The notes beneath the pieces were generated by a model that was given only the letters and a program-made list of their open reading frames with translations, was not told the origin of the DNA and made no database searches. Both the position numbers and the translations under genes were made by a program. A stretch of 32,000 bases of DNA from Loktanella sp. R86503 (lineage in GTDB: Bacteria > Pseudomonadota > Alphaproteobacteria > Rhodobacterales > Rhodobacteraceae): assembly GCF_042466455.1 (NCBI RefSeq), contig NZ_JAXHCI010000002.1, forward strand, positions 1,470,834 through 1,502,833, read 5' to 3'. This document shows positions 16,451-28,712 of this stretch, in pieces (position 1 is the stretch's first letter; each line of letters opens with the position of its first letter).

Positions 16451-17758
16451 TCAGTCCTTGCCGAACACGCGGGCAAAGATCGTGTCGACATGCTTGGTGT
16501 GATAACCGATGTCGAACTTTTCCTCGATCTGTTCCGGCGTCAGGGCGGCGGTCACATCGGCGTCGGCCAGCAGCTCTGTTTTAAAGTCGGCCCCTTTTTC
16601 CCAAACCTTCATCGCGTTGCGCTGCACCAGCTTGTAGCTGTCCTCGCGGCTGACGCCGGCTTGGGTCAGGGCCAGAAGCACGCGCTGCGACATGACCAGA
16701 CCGCGGAACTTGTTCATGTTCGCCAGCATGGTTTCGGGATAGATCACCAGCTTTTCGATCAGGCCGGCCAGACGGTTCAGCGCGAAATCTAGGGTGACGG
16801 TGGTGTCTGGGCCGATGGTCCGCTCGACAGACGAATGCGAGATATCACGCTCGTGCCACAGGGTGACGTTTTCCAGCGCGGGGGTCACGGACATGCGCAC
16901 CAGACGGGCCAGACCGGTCAGGTTTTCAGTCAGCACCGGGTTACGCTTGTGCGGCATCGCGGACGATCCCTTTTGACCGGGGGAAAAGAACTCCTCGGCC
17001 TCAAGCACTTCGGTGCGCTGCATGTGGCGCACTTCGGTGGCGATGTTTTCCATCGAGGATGCGATCACACCCAGCGTGGCAAAGAACATTGCGTGACGAT
17101 CGCGCGGAATGACCTGCGTGCTGATCGGCTCTGGCGTCAGGCCCAGCTGCTTGCAGACTTGCTCTTCGACAGCCGGATCAATGTTGGCAAAGGTGCCGAC
17201 AGCGCCAGAGATTGCGCCGGTCGCGATTTCAGCGCGGGCGTTGACCAGACGGGCGCGGCCCCGGTCCATTTCGGCATAAAAGCGGGCAAAGGTCAGGCCC
17301 ATCGTCGTCGGTTCGGCATGGATACCGTGGCTGCGGCCGATACGGACGGTGTCCTTATGTTCATAGGCACGCTTTTTCAGGGCGGCCAGCACGCGGTCCA
17401 TATCGGCCAGCAGGATGTCGGCGGCGCGCACCAGCTGGACGTTGAACGTGGTGTCCAGCACATCAGAGGATGTCATGCCTTGGTGCACAAAGCGTGCCTC
17501 GTCTGCTCCGATATGTTCGGACAGGTGCGTCAGGAATGCGATGACGTCGTGCTTGGTGACGGCCTCGATTTCGTCGATGCGGGCGACGTCAAAGGTGACG
17601 TCTTTTGCCTTCCAGACGGCATCGGCATTTTCGCGCGGGATCACGCCCAGATCGGCCATGGCATCGCAGGCATGTGCCTCGATCTCGTACCAGATTTTGT
17701 ATTTCGTGGCCGGGTCCCAGATGGCAACCATTTCGGGACGGGAATAACGCGGGATCAT
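16451..17758 (-). CDS. purB: Adenylosuccinate lyase
   Basis: MIPRYSRPEMVAIWDPATKYKIWYEIE; signature GSSAMPHKRNPVLTENLTGLAR. Confidence 0.98.
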   Translation of the reverse strand: MIPRYSRPEMVAIWDPATKYKIWYEIEAHACDAMADLGVIPRENADAVWKAKDVTFDVARIDEIEAVTKHDVIAFLTHLSEHIGADEARFVHQGMTSSDVLDTTFNVQLVRAADILLADMDRVLAALKKRAYEHKDTVRIGRSHGIHAEPTTMGLTFARFYAEMDRGRARLVNARAEIATGAISGAVGTFANIDPAVEEQVCKQLGLTPEPISTQVIPRDRHAMFFATLGVIASSMENIATEVRHMQRTEVLEAEEFFSPGQKGSSAMPHKRNPVLTENLTGLARLVRMSVTPALENVTLWHERDISHSSVERTIGPDTTVTLDFALNRLAGLIEKLVIYPETMLANMNKFRGLVMSQRVLLALTQAGVSREDSYKLVQRNAMKVWEKGADFKTELLADADVTAALTPEQIEEKFDIGYHTKHVDTIFARVFGKD

Positions 17759-17840
17759 GGGCAGAACCTTTCGGGATTGGCAGCGGCGCTGGGGGCGTCA
17801 TACTGGGACAAGGCCAGAATGAAAAGAAGCGGAGGCTGCC

Positions 17841-18278
17841 GTGACGGAAAGCAAATGGCTGAATGGTCGCTCTCGGGACGATTTTTTGGGCGATTGGCTG
17901 CTGACACGCCGGATAGAGGACCGCCGCGCGGGGCAGGCGGGCCTGTTTGAAGGCACAGCGCGTTTCGTGGCGGACGGCGACAGTGGCGCGATCTATGACG
18001 AATCGGGAATGTTGCAGATCGGCAGCGCCGCCCCGCTTAAGGCCGAGCGGCGCTATCTGTACGACTTTTCCGTCGGTCTGATCACGATCCGCTTTGCCGA
18101 CGGGCGCGATTTCGTCCAATTTAACCCCGCATCGACCCACGAGGCTGTGCACGCCTGCGATCCCGACACCTACCGCGCGCGCCACGATTTTAGCCGCTGG
18201 CCGCAATGGCACGCCGTCTGGACCGTCACCGGCCCGCGCAAGGATTACACGATGCGCTCGCTTTGGCAGCGCCGCTAG
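17841..18278 (+). CDS. DUF6314 family protein
   Basis: 145 aa; FLGDWLLTRRIEDRRAGQAGLFEGTARF...YDESGMLQIG...RRYLYDF..., H-C-x-D-x-Y pattern near the C-terminus. Confidence 0.75.
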   Translation: MTESKWLNGRSRDDFLGDWLLTRRIEDRRAGQAGLFEGTARFVADGDSGAIYDESGMLQIGSAAPLKAERRYLYDFSVGLITIRFADGRDFVQFNPASTHEAVHACDPDTYRARHDFSRWPQWHAVWTVTGPRKDYTMRSLWQRR

Positions 18279-18294
18279 GGCGCTGCCGAACGGA

Positions 18295-18897
18295 TTAGCG
18301 CGCAGATCCGATAAAACCACCCGCATAAGCCGCCGTGTCATTTGCGCCGTTGAACGCGCCGATGATACGGGTGTTGTCCGCGCGGCCCTGCAGATCGCCA
18401 GTTACGCCGCGCCACGTTGTGGTGCCTGTAAAGGCGGGGCCAGTGGCATTCATCTGGCCGGAAACCTGCAAGCCATCGCCGCTGCCGGTCACGCGGCCGG
18501 TGCCAAGGGCGATGTTGATCGGCAGGCTGCCCTCTGCCTCTGTGACTGTCGTGCTGCTGTTGGTGTCGCGCACTTCGCTAAGCTGAAAATCAGCCGTGAA
18601 ACGGGCGGTGCCGGTGGTGGGCCGCGTTGTGATGCCGGCAGGATTGATCAGGGCAGAACGTGCCGAAATCGTGTTTCCTTCGGATTCGACCAGATAGGCA
18701 TAGCCCGATTTGGTCTGACCAATGTCGCCAACTGACAAGGCCCCGCCAGAGGCGTCATCTGCAGTGGCAGAGCCGGTGATCACGCCCTGCGCGTTGACCG
18801 CAGCAAAGCCAGCCGCCGTTGTGATGGCATCGGTGCTAGAGCTGCCGCATGCCGCGAGGGACAAAAAAGGAAGCGAGAAAAGCGCGCGAGAGAGCAT
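18295..18897 (-). CDS. Lipoprotein with transferrin-binding-protein-like (TbpB-like) beta-barrel domain
   Basis: Lipobox FLSLAACGSSS; GTARFTADF strand and C-terminal IIGAFNGANDTAAYAGGFIGSAR pattern. Confidence 0.55.
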   Translation of the reverse strand: MLSRALFSLPFLSLAACGSSSTDAITTAAGFAAVNAQGVITGSATADDASGGALSVGDIGQTKSGYAYLVESEGNTISARSALINPAGITTRPTTGTARFTADFQLSEVRDTNSSTTVTEAEGSLPINIALGTGRVTGSGDGLQVSGQMNATGPAFTGTTTWRGVTGDLQGRADNTRIIGAFNGANDTAAYAGGFIGSAR

Positions 18898-19045
18898 TTG
18901 AAATGACTTTCAGGTTGGTTGCATCCGTTATCTAGCCGAAGTTTTCGCCCATCGGTGCAATATCATCGGCGACGGACTGCGCGGCCCATGCGCTGTGGCT
19001 GCGAATACACATCCGGTCATGTCCAAACGGCCCTTTGAACGCAAA

Positions 19046-19070
19046 AAGGGCACCCCGATGGGGTGCCCTT
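19046..19070 (-). terminator. Rho-independent terminator of glnA
   Basis: 11-bp stem AAGGGCACCCC / GGGGTGCCCTT, followed by a T run on the minus strand. Confidence 0.8.
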
Positions 19071-19092
19071 CGTGGCCGTAATCCGTGATGGA

Positions 19093-20511
19093 TTAGCAGC
19101 TGTAGTACATCTTGTACTCGATCGGGTGCGGTGTGTGCTCGTAGGCGTAAACCTCTTCCCACTTCAGACCGATGTAGCCTTCCAGCTGGCCTTTGGTGAA
19201 CACGTCGCCAGCAAGCAGGAACTCGTGGTCCTTCTCCAGCTCTTCCAGGGCTTCACGCAGCGAGCCGCAGACGGTGGGGATTGCGGCCAGTTCTTCTGGC
19301 GGCAGATCGTAAAGGTCTTTGTCGGACGCGGGGCCCGGATCGATCTTGTTCTTGATACCGTCAAGGCCGGCCATCAGCAGTGCAGCAAAGCACAGGTAGG
19401 GGTTGGCTGCGGGATCGGGGAAACGTGCCTCGACGCGCTTTGCCTTGGGGGATTCGGACCATGGAATACGCACGCAGCCCGAACGGTTACGCGCAGAGAA
19501 CGCACGCAGAACCGGGGCTTCGAAGCCGGGGATCAGACGCTTGTAGCTGTTCGTGGTCGGGTTGGTGATCGCGTTCAACGCCTTGGCGTGCTTCAGGATA
19601 CCGCCGATGAAATACAGCGCTTCCTGGCTCAGGTCAGCATATTTGTCGCCTGCGAACAGCGGCTTGCCGTCTTTCCAGATCGACATGTTGACGTGCATAC
19701 CGGTGCCGTTGTCGCCGGACATCGGCTTTGGCATGAAGGTTGCCGACTTGCCGTAGGCCTGGGCCACGTTGTGGATGACGTACTTGTACTTCTGGATCTC
19801 GTCAGCTTGCTTGGTCAGCGTGCCGAAAATCAGGCCAAGTTCGTGCTGGCAGGATGCAACTTCGTGGTGGTGCTTGTCGACCTTCATGCCCATGCGCTTC
19901 ATGGTGGACAGCATTTCGCCGCGCATGTCCTGCGCATCGTCGATCGGGTTGACGGGGAAGTAGCCGCCTTTGACGCCCGGACGGTGACCGGTGTTGCCCA
20001 CGCCGGTTTCCGAACGGAAATCGGTGTCGGTGTTCCATGCGCCGTCGATAGCATCGACCTGGAAGGACACCTTGTTCATCGAAACGCTGTAACGCACATC
20101 GTCAAAGATGAAGAATTCGGCTTCGGGGCCGCAATAGAACGTATCGCCAATACCCGAGGACTTCAGATAGGCTTCGGCCTTTTCTGCAGTGCCGCGCGGG
20201 TCGCGGTCATAGGGTTCCATCGTGTCGGGCTCTGCCACGGTGCAGTGCACGCAGATGGTTTTTTCAGCGTAGAACGGGTCGACATAGGCGCTGTCCACGT
20301 CAAGAACGAGCTTCATGTCGGACTTGTCGATGGATTTCCAGCCGGCGATGGACGAGCCGTCGAACATGAAGCCTTCTTCGACGAAGTCTTCGTCCACCAG
20401 ATCCGCCACGATGGTGACGTGCTGCAGTTTGCCTTTAGGATCGGTGAAGCGGATATCGACGTAGTCGGCCTCTTCATCCTTGATCATTTTTAGAAAATCT
20501 TTGGTGCTCAT
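19093..20511 (-). CDS. glnA: Glutamine synthetase, type I
   Basis: 472 aa, [57 protein letters not shown], adenylylation-site region [10 protein letters not shown]. Confidence 0.98.
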   Translation of the reverse strand: MSTKDFLKMIKDEEADYVDIRFTDPKGKLQHVTIVADLVDEDFVEEGFMFDGSSIAGWKSIDKSDMKLVLDVDSAYVDPFYAEKTICVHCTVAEPDTMEPYDRDPRGTAEKAEAYLKSSGIGDTFYCGPEAEFFIFDDVRYSVSMNKVSFQVDAIDGAWNTDTDFRSETGVGNTGHRPGVKGGYFPVNPIDDAQDMRGEMLSTMKRMGMKVDKHHHEVASCQHELGLIFGTLTKQADEIQKYKYVIHNVAQAYGKSATFMPKPMSGDNGTGMHVNMSIWKDGKPLFAGDKYADLSQEALYFIGGILKHAKALNAITNPTTNSYKRLIPGFEAPVLRAFSARNRSGCVRIPWSESPKAKRVEARFPDPAANPYLCFAALLMAGLDGIKNKIDPGPASDKDLYDLPPEELAAIPTVCGSLREALEELEKDHEFLLAGDVFTKGQLEGYIGLKWEEVYAYEHTPHPIEYKMYYSC

Positions 20512-20562
20512 CGAGAGAGGTCCTTTTCAGTCTTGATCGTGTGGTGGGTTGCGACGCTGCGC

Positions 20563-22593
<2,031 letters not shown>

Positions 22594-22650
22594 AAAAGGC
22601 CAAAGCTGCCAGGGCTTTGACCTTTGAAGTTCATGCATCACCTGAAGAGT

Positions 22651-23118
22651 TCAGACAGCGGCGGTGCCCATTTCGATACCGTCAGCATAGACAATGTGCT
22701 GGCGATCGAATGTCAGGGTGTAGACTGTCATCTCGCAGGCGTCCTGCACCGCAAGGAACTCGCCGTCGACAAGGCGCTGCGCCTCGATCATGGCGGCGGG
22801 GCTGCCGAACAGCGCCTCTGCGCGCCAATCGCGGATATGGATCTGGGTGCCGGGGGCGACAAGCATGTCGCGGTCGGGGCGGGTATGGCCAAGGCTGCCG
22901 GCCTTGATGCGGATTGGCGCAACGCGCAGGGTTTCGGCGGTGATCGATCGCAGAACCGCAGTGCCGCTGTCGCGGGTAATGATCCGGGTGCCGGGCGTCA
23001 GGTCGTCGACCCGCATCTCTCCGTTTAAGGTGAGGATGGTGGTATCGGCGCATACACCCGACGTCAGTGTAACGGCTGATTTGGCGAGTGTATCGCGAGT
23101 CATTGTCCCGGTCTGCAT
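22651..23118 (-). CDS. Stand-alone Hint (Hedgehog/intein) domain protein
   Basis: CADTTILTLNGEMRVDDLTPGTRIITRDSG block A; RPDRDMLVAPG...; LTFDRQHIVYADGI C-terminal pattern. Confidence 0.75.
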   Translation of the reverse strand: MQTGTMTRDTLAKSAVTLTSGVCADTTILTLNGEMRVDDLTPGTRIITRDSGTAVLRSITAETLRVAPIRIKAGSLGHTRPDRDMLVAPGTQIHIRDWRAEALFGSPAAMIEAQRLVDGEFLAVQDACEMTVYTLTFDRQHIVYADGIEMGTAAV

Positions 23119-23291
23119 GGCGTATTTCCCGCTCTTGCTAATGTCTGCCTCAATGTGTTGACGAGAATTACGGCGCAAAAAGGGCAGACTTCCACCTTTT
23201 TTACGATGACGATTTGCACTCGCATCCCTGTGTGACCTTTGATAGACACCGCGCAAAGCCGGGGGTGAATGGCATTCGCCCCTGTTTTAAT

Positions 23292-23375
23292 GCGGGTGTG
23301 GCGGAATGGTAGACGCACCAGATTTAGGTTCTGGCGCCGCAAGGCGTGGAGGTTCGAGTCCTCTCACCCGCACCA
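23292..23375 (+). tRNA. tRNA-Leu (anticodon UAG)
   Basis: GCGGGTG/CACCCGC acceptor stem, anticodon arm CCAGATTTAGGTTCTGG with TAG, long variable arm GCGCCGCAAGGCGTG, TTCGAGTC T-loop, encoded CCA. Confidence 0.97.
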
Positions 23376-23400
23376 AGATTTATAGACAGAAGGAAAACCC

Positions 23401-24735
23401 ATGCAGGTCAAAGAGACCCAGAACGAAGGCCTCAAGCGCGGATACACCATCACGGTGACGGCAGCTGAACTTGACGACAAAGTGGTCGGCAAGCTGAAAG
23501 AAGCGCAGCCCGAAGTCGAGATGAAGGGTTTCCGCAAGGGCAAGGTCCCGATGGCCATGATGCGCAAGCAGTTCGGCCCGCGCCTGATCGGCGAAGCCAT
23601 GCAGGAAGCCATCGACGGTGCGATGAACGACCACCTGACCACATCCGGCGACCGCCCCGCGGCCCAGCCAGAGATGAAGATGGCCAATGAGGACTGGAAA
23701 GAGGGCGACGATGTTGTCGTCAACGTGTCCTATGAAAAGCTGCCTGACGTGCCGGAAACCGACCTGAGCAAGGTTAAGCTGGAGCGTATGGTCGTCAAGG
23801 CAGACGATTCGGCTGTCGAAGAGGCGCTGAACAATCTGGCCGAAAGCCCGCAGGCTGTGGCCTATGAGGCCAAGGACGGCGCGGCAGAAGACAAAGATCA
23901 GGTCGTGATCGACTTCGTCGGCAAGATCGACGGCGAAGCCTTTGAAGGTGGCGCTGGCGACGATTATCCGCTGGTTCTGGGCTCCAACAGCTTTATCCCC
24001 GGGTTCGAAGATCAGCTGGTCGGCACCAAGGCTGGCAAAGAAAAGGCCGTTACGGTCAGCTTCCCCGCCGAATATCAGGCTGCCCATCTGGCCGGTAAAG
24101 AGGCCGTCTTTGACGTGACCGTCAAGGAAGTGCGCGCGGCTAATGCGCCCGCAATCGACGACGAGCTGGCCAAGAAGTTCGGCGCAGAAGATCTGGACGC
24201 CCTAAAGGGCCAGATCCGTGAGCGTCTGGAAGCTGAATACAACGGTGCATCCCGTGCTATCGCCAAGCGCAAGTTGCTGGACGAGCTGGACACGCTGGTG
24301 TCTTTCGATCTGCCGGAGTCGCTGGTCGAAGCTGAGGCAAACCAGATCGCGCACCAGCTGTGGCACGAGGAAAACCCTGATGTTCAGGGCCACGATCACC
24401 CAGAAATCAACCCGACGGACGAGCACAAGACGCTTGCACAGCGCCGGGTGAAGCTGGGTCTGCTGCTGGCCGATATCGGTCAGAAGGCAGAGGTGAAGGT
24501 CACCGATCAGGAAATGACCCAAGCGATCATGAACCAGGCACGTCAGTACCCGGGTCAGGAACGTCAGTTCTTTGAATTCGTGCAGCAAAACGCCCAGTTC
24601 CGCCAGCAGCTGCAGGCCCCGATGTTCGAAGACAAGGTCGTTGACCACATCTTTGAAAAGGCGACTGTCGCTGAAAAGACCGTCACCAAAGAAGAGCTGC
24701 AGACCGCTGTTGAGGCGCTGGAAAGCGAAGACTGA
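23401..24735 (+). CDS. tig: Trigger factor
   Basis: [19 protein letters not shown]; [21 protein letters not shown] signature; FKBP-like domain. Confidence 0.97.
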   Translation: MQVKETQNEGLKRGYTITVTAAELDDKVVGKLKEAQPEVEMKGFRKGKVPMAMMRKQFGPRLIGEAMQEAIDGAMNDHLTTSGDRPAAQPEMKMANEDWKEGDDVVVNVSYEKLPDVPETDLSKVKLERMVVKADDSAVEEALNNLAESPQAVAYEAKDGAAEDKDQVVIDFVGKIDGEAFEGGAGDDYPLVLGSNSFIPGFEDQLVGTKAGKEKAVTVSFPAEYQAAHLAGKEAVFDVTVKEVRAANAPAIDDELAKKFGAEDLDALKGQIRERLEAEYNGASRAIAKRKLLDELDTLVSFDLPESLVEAEANQIAHQLWHEENPDVQGHDHPEINPTDEHKTLAQRRVKLGLLLADIGQKAEVKVTDQEMTQAIMNQARQYPGQERQFFEFVQQNAQFRQQLQAPMFEDKVVDHIFEKATVAEKTVTKEELQTAVEALESED

Positions 24736-24767
24736 ACATAGCCCTTCTTTCACGAAGGCTTGTTGGA

Positions 24768-24796
24768 ATGGCACCCCGGATTGGGGTGCCATTTTT
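24768..24796 (+). terminator. Rho-independent terminator of tig
   Basis: 10-bp stem ATGGCACCCC / GGGGTGCCAT then TTTTT. Confidence 0.85.
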
Positions 24797-24884
24797 CGTT
24801 TGCCCTTGTTGCCGCAGGGGCAATGGCCCATAGTTAGGGGAACGGTGGCCTCTTGGCCGCGTCAATTCCATAAGATCAGGCCCG

Positions 24885-25376
24885 ATGATGTCCCTATGGC
24901 GCATTGCAGTCCTTGGCGTCGTGCTTGCTGCAACACAGTTTGCAGGTAGTGCGATTGCCTGTCCGAACCCCGACATGGCGGCCGCGCGGCAGATCAGCAG
25001 CAACGGGGCCGCGCTGCGGCTGGGTCAAAGCCGCCGCGTCTTTGCCGGTGGTAAAGCAGGGTTGGATGGCTGCGCCCATATTGCCCTGCCGCACATACCT
25101 ACCGCGCAGTTCAACGACGCGCCCGGGTTTAGCGCGGACTTAAGCGGGATGATCGGCCTTGCGATGGAAATCCGTGCCGAAAGCGATTGCGCGACGGCGC
25201 TTTTGGTGCGGACCGATGGCGGGCACTGGTATTTTGACGATCATGGCCGGGGGGCTGGCCAGCCGCGCCTTATCTTGCGGCGGCCGGGCAGCGGTGAAAT
25301 CACCGTCTGGTTGGGCACGCCGGATGGCCGGCAATGCCGGGCCAGATTGAATTTGCAGACCTACGCCGGACAGTAG
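24885..25376 (+). CDS. Hypothetical secreted protein
   Basis: Signal peptide MMSLWRIAVLGVVLAATQFAGSAIA followed by CPNPDMAAARQIS; cysteine-containing 163-aa ORF in an otherwise unoccupied gap between tig and the phosphodiesterase. Confidence 0.6.
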   Translation: MMSLWRIAVLGVVLAATQFAGSAIACPNPDMAAARQISSNGAALRLGQSRRVFAGGKAGLDGCAHIALPHIPTAQFNDAPGFSADLSGMIGLAMEIRAESDCATALLVRTDGGHWYFDDHGRGAGQPRLILRRPGSGEITVWLGTPDGRQCRARLNLQTYAGQ

Positions 25377-25409
25377 CGGGCCACCCGCAGGGCGGATGGC
25401 CCGCTTGAT

Positions 25410-27368
25410 TTACAGAACCATACGATAAAGCGCGAAACCTTCGGGCGTGTCGCCCGCGGGTTCGATGGAAACGCTTTCGACTGCGCTGGCATATTGGGCC
25501 GCGTTGGGGCCGGTTTCGAACAGCGCCGTCGTGCCGGGCATCGGTTTGAAGGACCAGTTCGCATCAGCGTTGGGGCTGATGGTGCCCTGATCGACGATGT
25601 AGCGCACGATCACGTCGCGGTTGGTATCGGGACCTTCAAAGACGATTGTGCTACCATCAGCGCCAGGAAAGCTGCCGCCGCCGCTGGCGCGGTAGTTGTT
25701 AGTGGCAACGATAAATTCTGCATCTGGATCAATGGGTTCGCCGTTGAACTTCAAGTCAATGATGCGGTTTGCATCCGCAGCGACGACGGCACCGTCACGA
25801 TCAAATCGGGACGGTTGGCTTAGGTCGATTTGATAGGTGACGCCGTCGATCACGTCGAAGTTGTAGCTGGGGAACTCTGCGTTCAGCAGTGGCGCGTCCT
25901 GCGCGCCTTCTTCGATCTGGTTGAACATGCCGGCGCTGCGTTCCAGCCAATCCTTGACCTGCGCACCGGTGATTTTCACGGCGCGGACGGTGTTGGGATA
26001 AAGGTAAAGGTCAGCGACGTTCTTGATCGCGACATCACCCTTTGGCACGTCGGTGTAATATTCCGGCCCTTGCCGGCCACCAGCCTTGAACGGTGCAGCG
26101 GCGGAAAGGATCGGAAGCCCTTCGTTTTCAGTGCCTTGCATCATCTGCTTAATGTACCAAGTCTGGGCGTTGGACACGATCTGGACAGAAGGGTCATCCG
26201 CAACCAGCGCAAAATAGCTGTAAAGCGGCGCATCGGTCTGGCCGACGGCGCGGCGGACATAGGCCAGCGTTTCGTCGTGTTCCTGCTGCACGGCGTCGAG
26301 CACCTTTTGATCGCTTTCGACCAAAGCGGTAATGCTGCGATCTTCGTTGCGCTGGGAAATCGGGCGCGCTTCGGATGTGTGGCTGACGATTTTCCAATCG
26401 CTGCCGTCGCGTTCCAGCATCAGGTCGATCAGGCCCATATGACTGCCCCAGAAGCCGCCCATGACTGCCGGTTTGCCCATCAGCGTGCCGGCGGCGACGT
26501 CGACACCGTCAAAGCCGTCATAGGACGAGGAGGGGAAGACCAGGTGGCTATGGCCGGTCATAACCGCATCGATTCCATCAACCCCTGCCAGCGGGATCGA
26601 GGCATTTTCCATGCCATCCTCTGCCGTTGCCGCGCCGATGCCTGAGTGGGACAAGGCGATGATGATTTGCGCGCCTTGTTCCTTCATCTGCGGCACGTAA
26701 GCCTGCGCGGTGGCAACGATATCGCGGGTTTGCACTTTACCGTCCAGATGCTGGCGGTCCCAGTTCATGATCTGCGGCGGCACAAAGCCGATCAGGCCGA
26801 TCTTGATAGGGTGCTTTTCGCCAGCGCCGTCTGTCAGTTCGCGGTCAATGATGACGTAGGGCGCAATCAGCGTGTCATCGTCCAGCGGGGTCGCGCCCAT
26901 GGTTTTCACAACGTTTGCGCTGACCACTGGATAATTTGCCCCAGCTAAAGATTTCGTTAGGAAATCGAGGCCATAGTTAAATTCGTGGTTGCCCAAGGTG
27001 GATGCGTCGAAGCCCAGCGTATTCATCGCAGCGATCACGGGGTGCATGTCGCCTTCTTTCATGCCGCGCTCGTAAGCGATGTAATCGCCCATCGGGTTGC
27101 CCTGAAGGAAGTCGCCGTTGTCGAGCAGAAGGGAGTTTGTCGATTCGGCGCGGGTGTTTTCGATGATAGAGGCTGTTCGCGCTAGGCCGACCGTGTCGAC
27201 AGGCTGGTCCGCGTAATAGTCATAGGGAAAGACATGCACGTGCAGGTCGGTGGTTTCCATCAGACGCAGGTGGACCTGATTGGCCTGCGCGCGTGCTGAA
27301 AACGGGTGCAGTGCGATAAAGCCAGCGGTAGAGGCAAGGAAGGACCGGCGGGACAGGGTGAATGACAT
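25410..27368 (-). CDS. cpdB: Bifunctional 2',3'-cyclic-nucleotide 2'-phosphodiesterase/3'-nucleotidase, Tat-exported
   Basis: Twin-arginine signal MSFTLSRRSFLASTAGF; metallophosphoesterase motifs LMETTDLHVHVF, LDNGDFLQGNPMGD, TLGNHEFNYG, ALSHSG, TGHSH; 5'-nucleotidase C-terminal domain. Confidence 0.88.
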   Translation of the reverse strand: MSFTLSRRSFLASTAGFIALHPFSARAQANQVHLRLMETTDLHVHVFPYDYYADQPVDTVGLARTASIIENTRAESTNSLLLDNGDFLQGNPMGDYIAYERGMKEGDMHPVIAAMNTLGFDASTLGNHEFNYGLDFLTKSLAGANYPVVSANVVKTMGATPLDDDTLIAPYVIIDRELTDGAGEKHPIKIGLIGFVPPQIMNWDRQHLDGKVQTRDIVATAQAYVPQMKEQGAQIIIALSHSGIGAATAEDGMENASIPLAGVDGIDAVMTGHSHLVFPSSSYDGFDGVDVAAGTLMGKPAVMGGFWGSHMGLIDLMLERDGSDWKIVSHTSEARPISQRNEDRSITALVESDQKVLDAVQQEHDETLAYVRRAVGQTDAPLYSYFALVADDPSVQIVSNAQTWYIKQMMQGTENEGLPILSAAAPFKAGGRQGPEYYTDVPKGDVAIKNVADLYLYPNTVRAVKITGAQVKDWLERSAGMFNQIEEGAQDAPLLNAEFPSYNFDVIDGVTYQIDLSQPSRFDRDGAVVAADANRIIDLKFNGEPIDPDAEFIVATNNYRASGGGSFPGADGSTIVFEGPDTNRDVIVRYIVDQGTISPNADANWSFKPMPGTTALFETGPNAAQYASAVESVSIEPAGDTPEGFALYRMVL

Positions 27369-27541
27369 AACGACGCTTTCACATTGGAAGAAACTAGCTT
27401 CAGTTTGAAAGCGATGGATGACGTTGTCACGACAAAGGGTGACAAACCGGCGGTTTACTGCGCCAGTTTGGCGGTTTTCTGATCGATTGGTCAAATATGT
27501 GCCACCCGTCGCCTGCGACCGATGCGGCGGGCGGCTATTCT

Positions 27542-28597
27542 TTAGTGGCGCGGATAGTCATCCCCGCCAAAGCTGCGCGGGATGCGGGCCGTGCGATCGG
27601 CTGCAATGCGGCGGGCGCGGGATTGTCGGCCCAGTTGGCCAAACAGCGCACCAGCGGCCAGCGCCAAAAGCGGGACGCCGATAAAGGCCGCCTTGCGGGC
27701 GCGGTCTGCATCAACGATCACGCCATGATCCGACGCGCGGTCGCTGTAGGATCCGGCGGCGCTGGCGGGGTAATCGACAGGATCATACAGATTGCCAGCT
27801 TCCACACCTGGGGCCGGGCGGTCGGATTTCTGGCCGCTGATCCCGTCTTTGGACATCCGCCTGTCCAGATAGTTCGGCATCAGGAATTGGCCAAAGACCA
27901 GTTTCAGTACGGAACTGCCGACAAAGATCTCTCTGGCGTTTGTGTCGATGGCTTGCATGACAGCGTCGGCAGCGACCTGCGCGGTATAGATCGGCGGGGC
28001 CGGTTGCGGTTGGCGCGACAGGCGGCTGCGGGCCCAGTCGAATTGCGGCGTATTCATCGCTGGCAATTGCACAAGGGACAGGCCGATGGGCGAACCTTCG
28101 GCGATCAATTCAGAGCGGACGGAAGAGGTGAAGCCGTTGATGGCATGTTTGGCGGCGCAATAGGCCGATTGCAGCGGCACGGACCGGTAGGACAGGCCAG
28201 AGCCGATATTGACGATATTACCGCCCCTCATATGGCGCAGGGCGGCGCGGGTGCCGTTGACCTGACCCATCAGCGTCGTGCGGATAATACGGTCGAAGTC
28301 TTCGGCGGGGGTGTTTTTGAACGCGGAAAAGCTGGTTGCCATGGCGCAGTTTACCCAGACATCCGGTCGGCCAAGGCGGTCCACCAGATGATCCGCCGCG
28401 GCGTCAAGTTGGCCCGTATCGCCGGCATCGGCCCCGTATGTAGCAACGCCGATCTGTTCGAGTTCGTCCAGCCGCATGCGCCCGCGGGCGATGACTCCGA
28501 CCGCATAGCCGCGCCCGCGCAGGGCATCGACAACAGCGCGACCGACGCCTGCACTGCCGCCAATGACGATAGCGACCTTATTTTTAGATGATGACAT
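27542..28597 (-). CDS. SDR family oxidoreductase
   Basis: VAIVIGGSAGVGRAVVDALRGRGYAVGVIARG, YCAAKHAINGF (YxxxK); start MSSSKNK at 28597 with a C-terminal membrane-like extension. Confidence 0.88.
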   Translation of the reverse strand: MSSSKNKVAIVIGGSAGVGRAVVDALRGRGYAVGVIARGRMRLDELEQIGVATYGADAGDTGQLDAAADHLVDRLGRPDVWVNCAMATSFSAFKNTPAEDFDRIIRTTLMGQVNGTRAALRHMRGGNIVNIGSGLSYRSVPLQSAYCAAKHAINGFTSSVRSELIAEGSPIGLSLVQLPAMNTPQFDWARSRLSRQPQPAPPIYTAQVAADAVMQAIDTNAREIFVGSSVLKLVFGQFLMPNYLDRRMSKDGISGQKSDRPAPGVEAGNLYDPVDYPASAAGSYSDRASDHGVIVDADRARKAAFIGVPLLALAAGALFGQLGRQSRARRIAADRTARIPRSFGGDDYPRH

Positions 28598-28667
28598 GAT
28601 CAGTCTCCTTTGACAGACAATGCCGCACCGGCCGCTTTGGTTCATTCGGAGCGTTTAAAATACAAAA

Positions 28668-28692
28668 GGCCGCCCCCGCAGGGACGGCCTGA
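28668..28692 (-). terminator. Terminator of rpsF-rpsR-rplI operon
   Basis: AGGCCG...CGGCCT stem followed by TTTTG TATTTT on the minus strand. Confidence 0.65.
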
Positions 28693-28712
28693 TGTGTTCG
28701 CAAGCGTTGTGC

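Noticed and set aside
16835-17950. 371-aa plus-strand ORF opposite purB
   Set aside because: Shadow ORF; purB signature sequence is clear on the other strand.
19063-20493. 476-aa plus-strand ORF opposite glnA
   Set aside because: Complete overlap with an unambiguous glnA; it begins within the glnA terminator hairpin and has no family resemblance.
27497-28591. 364-aa plus-strand ORF opposite the SDR gene
   Set aside because: The minus strand has SDR cofactor and catalytic motifs; this frame has none.
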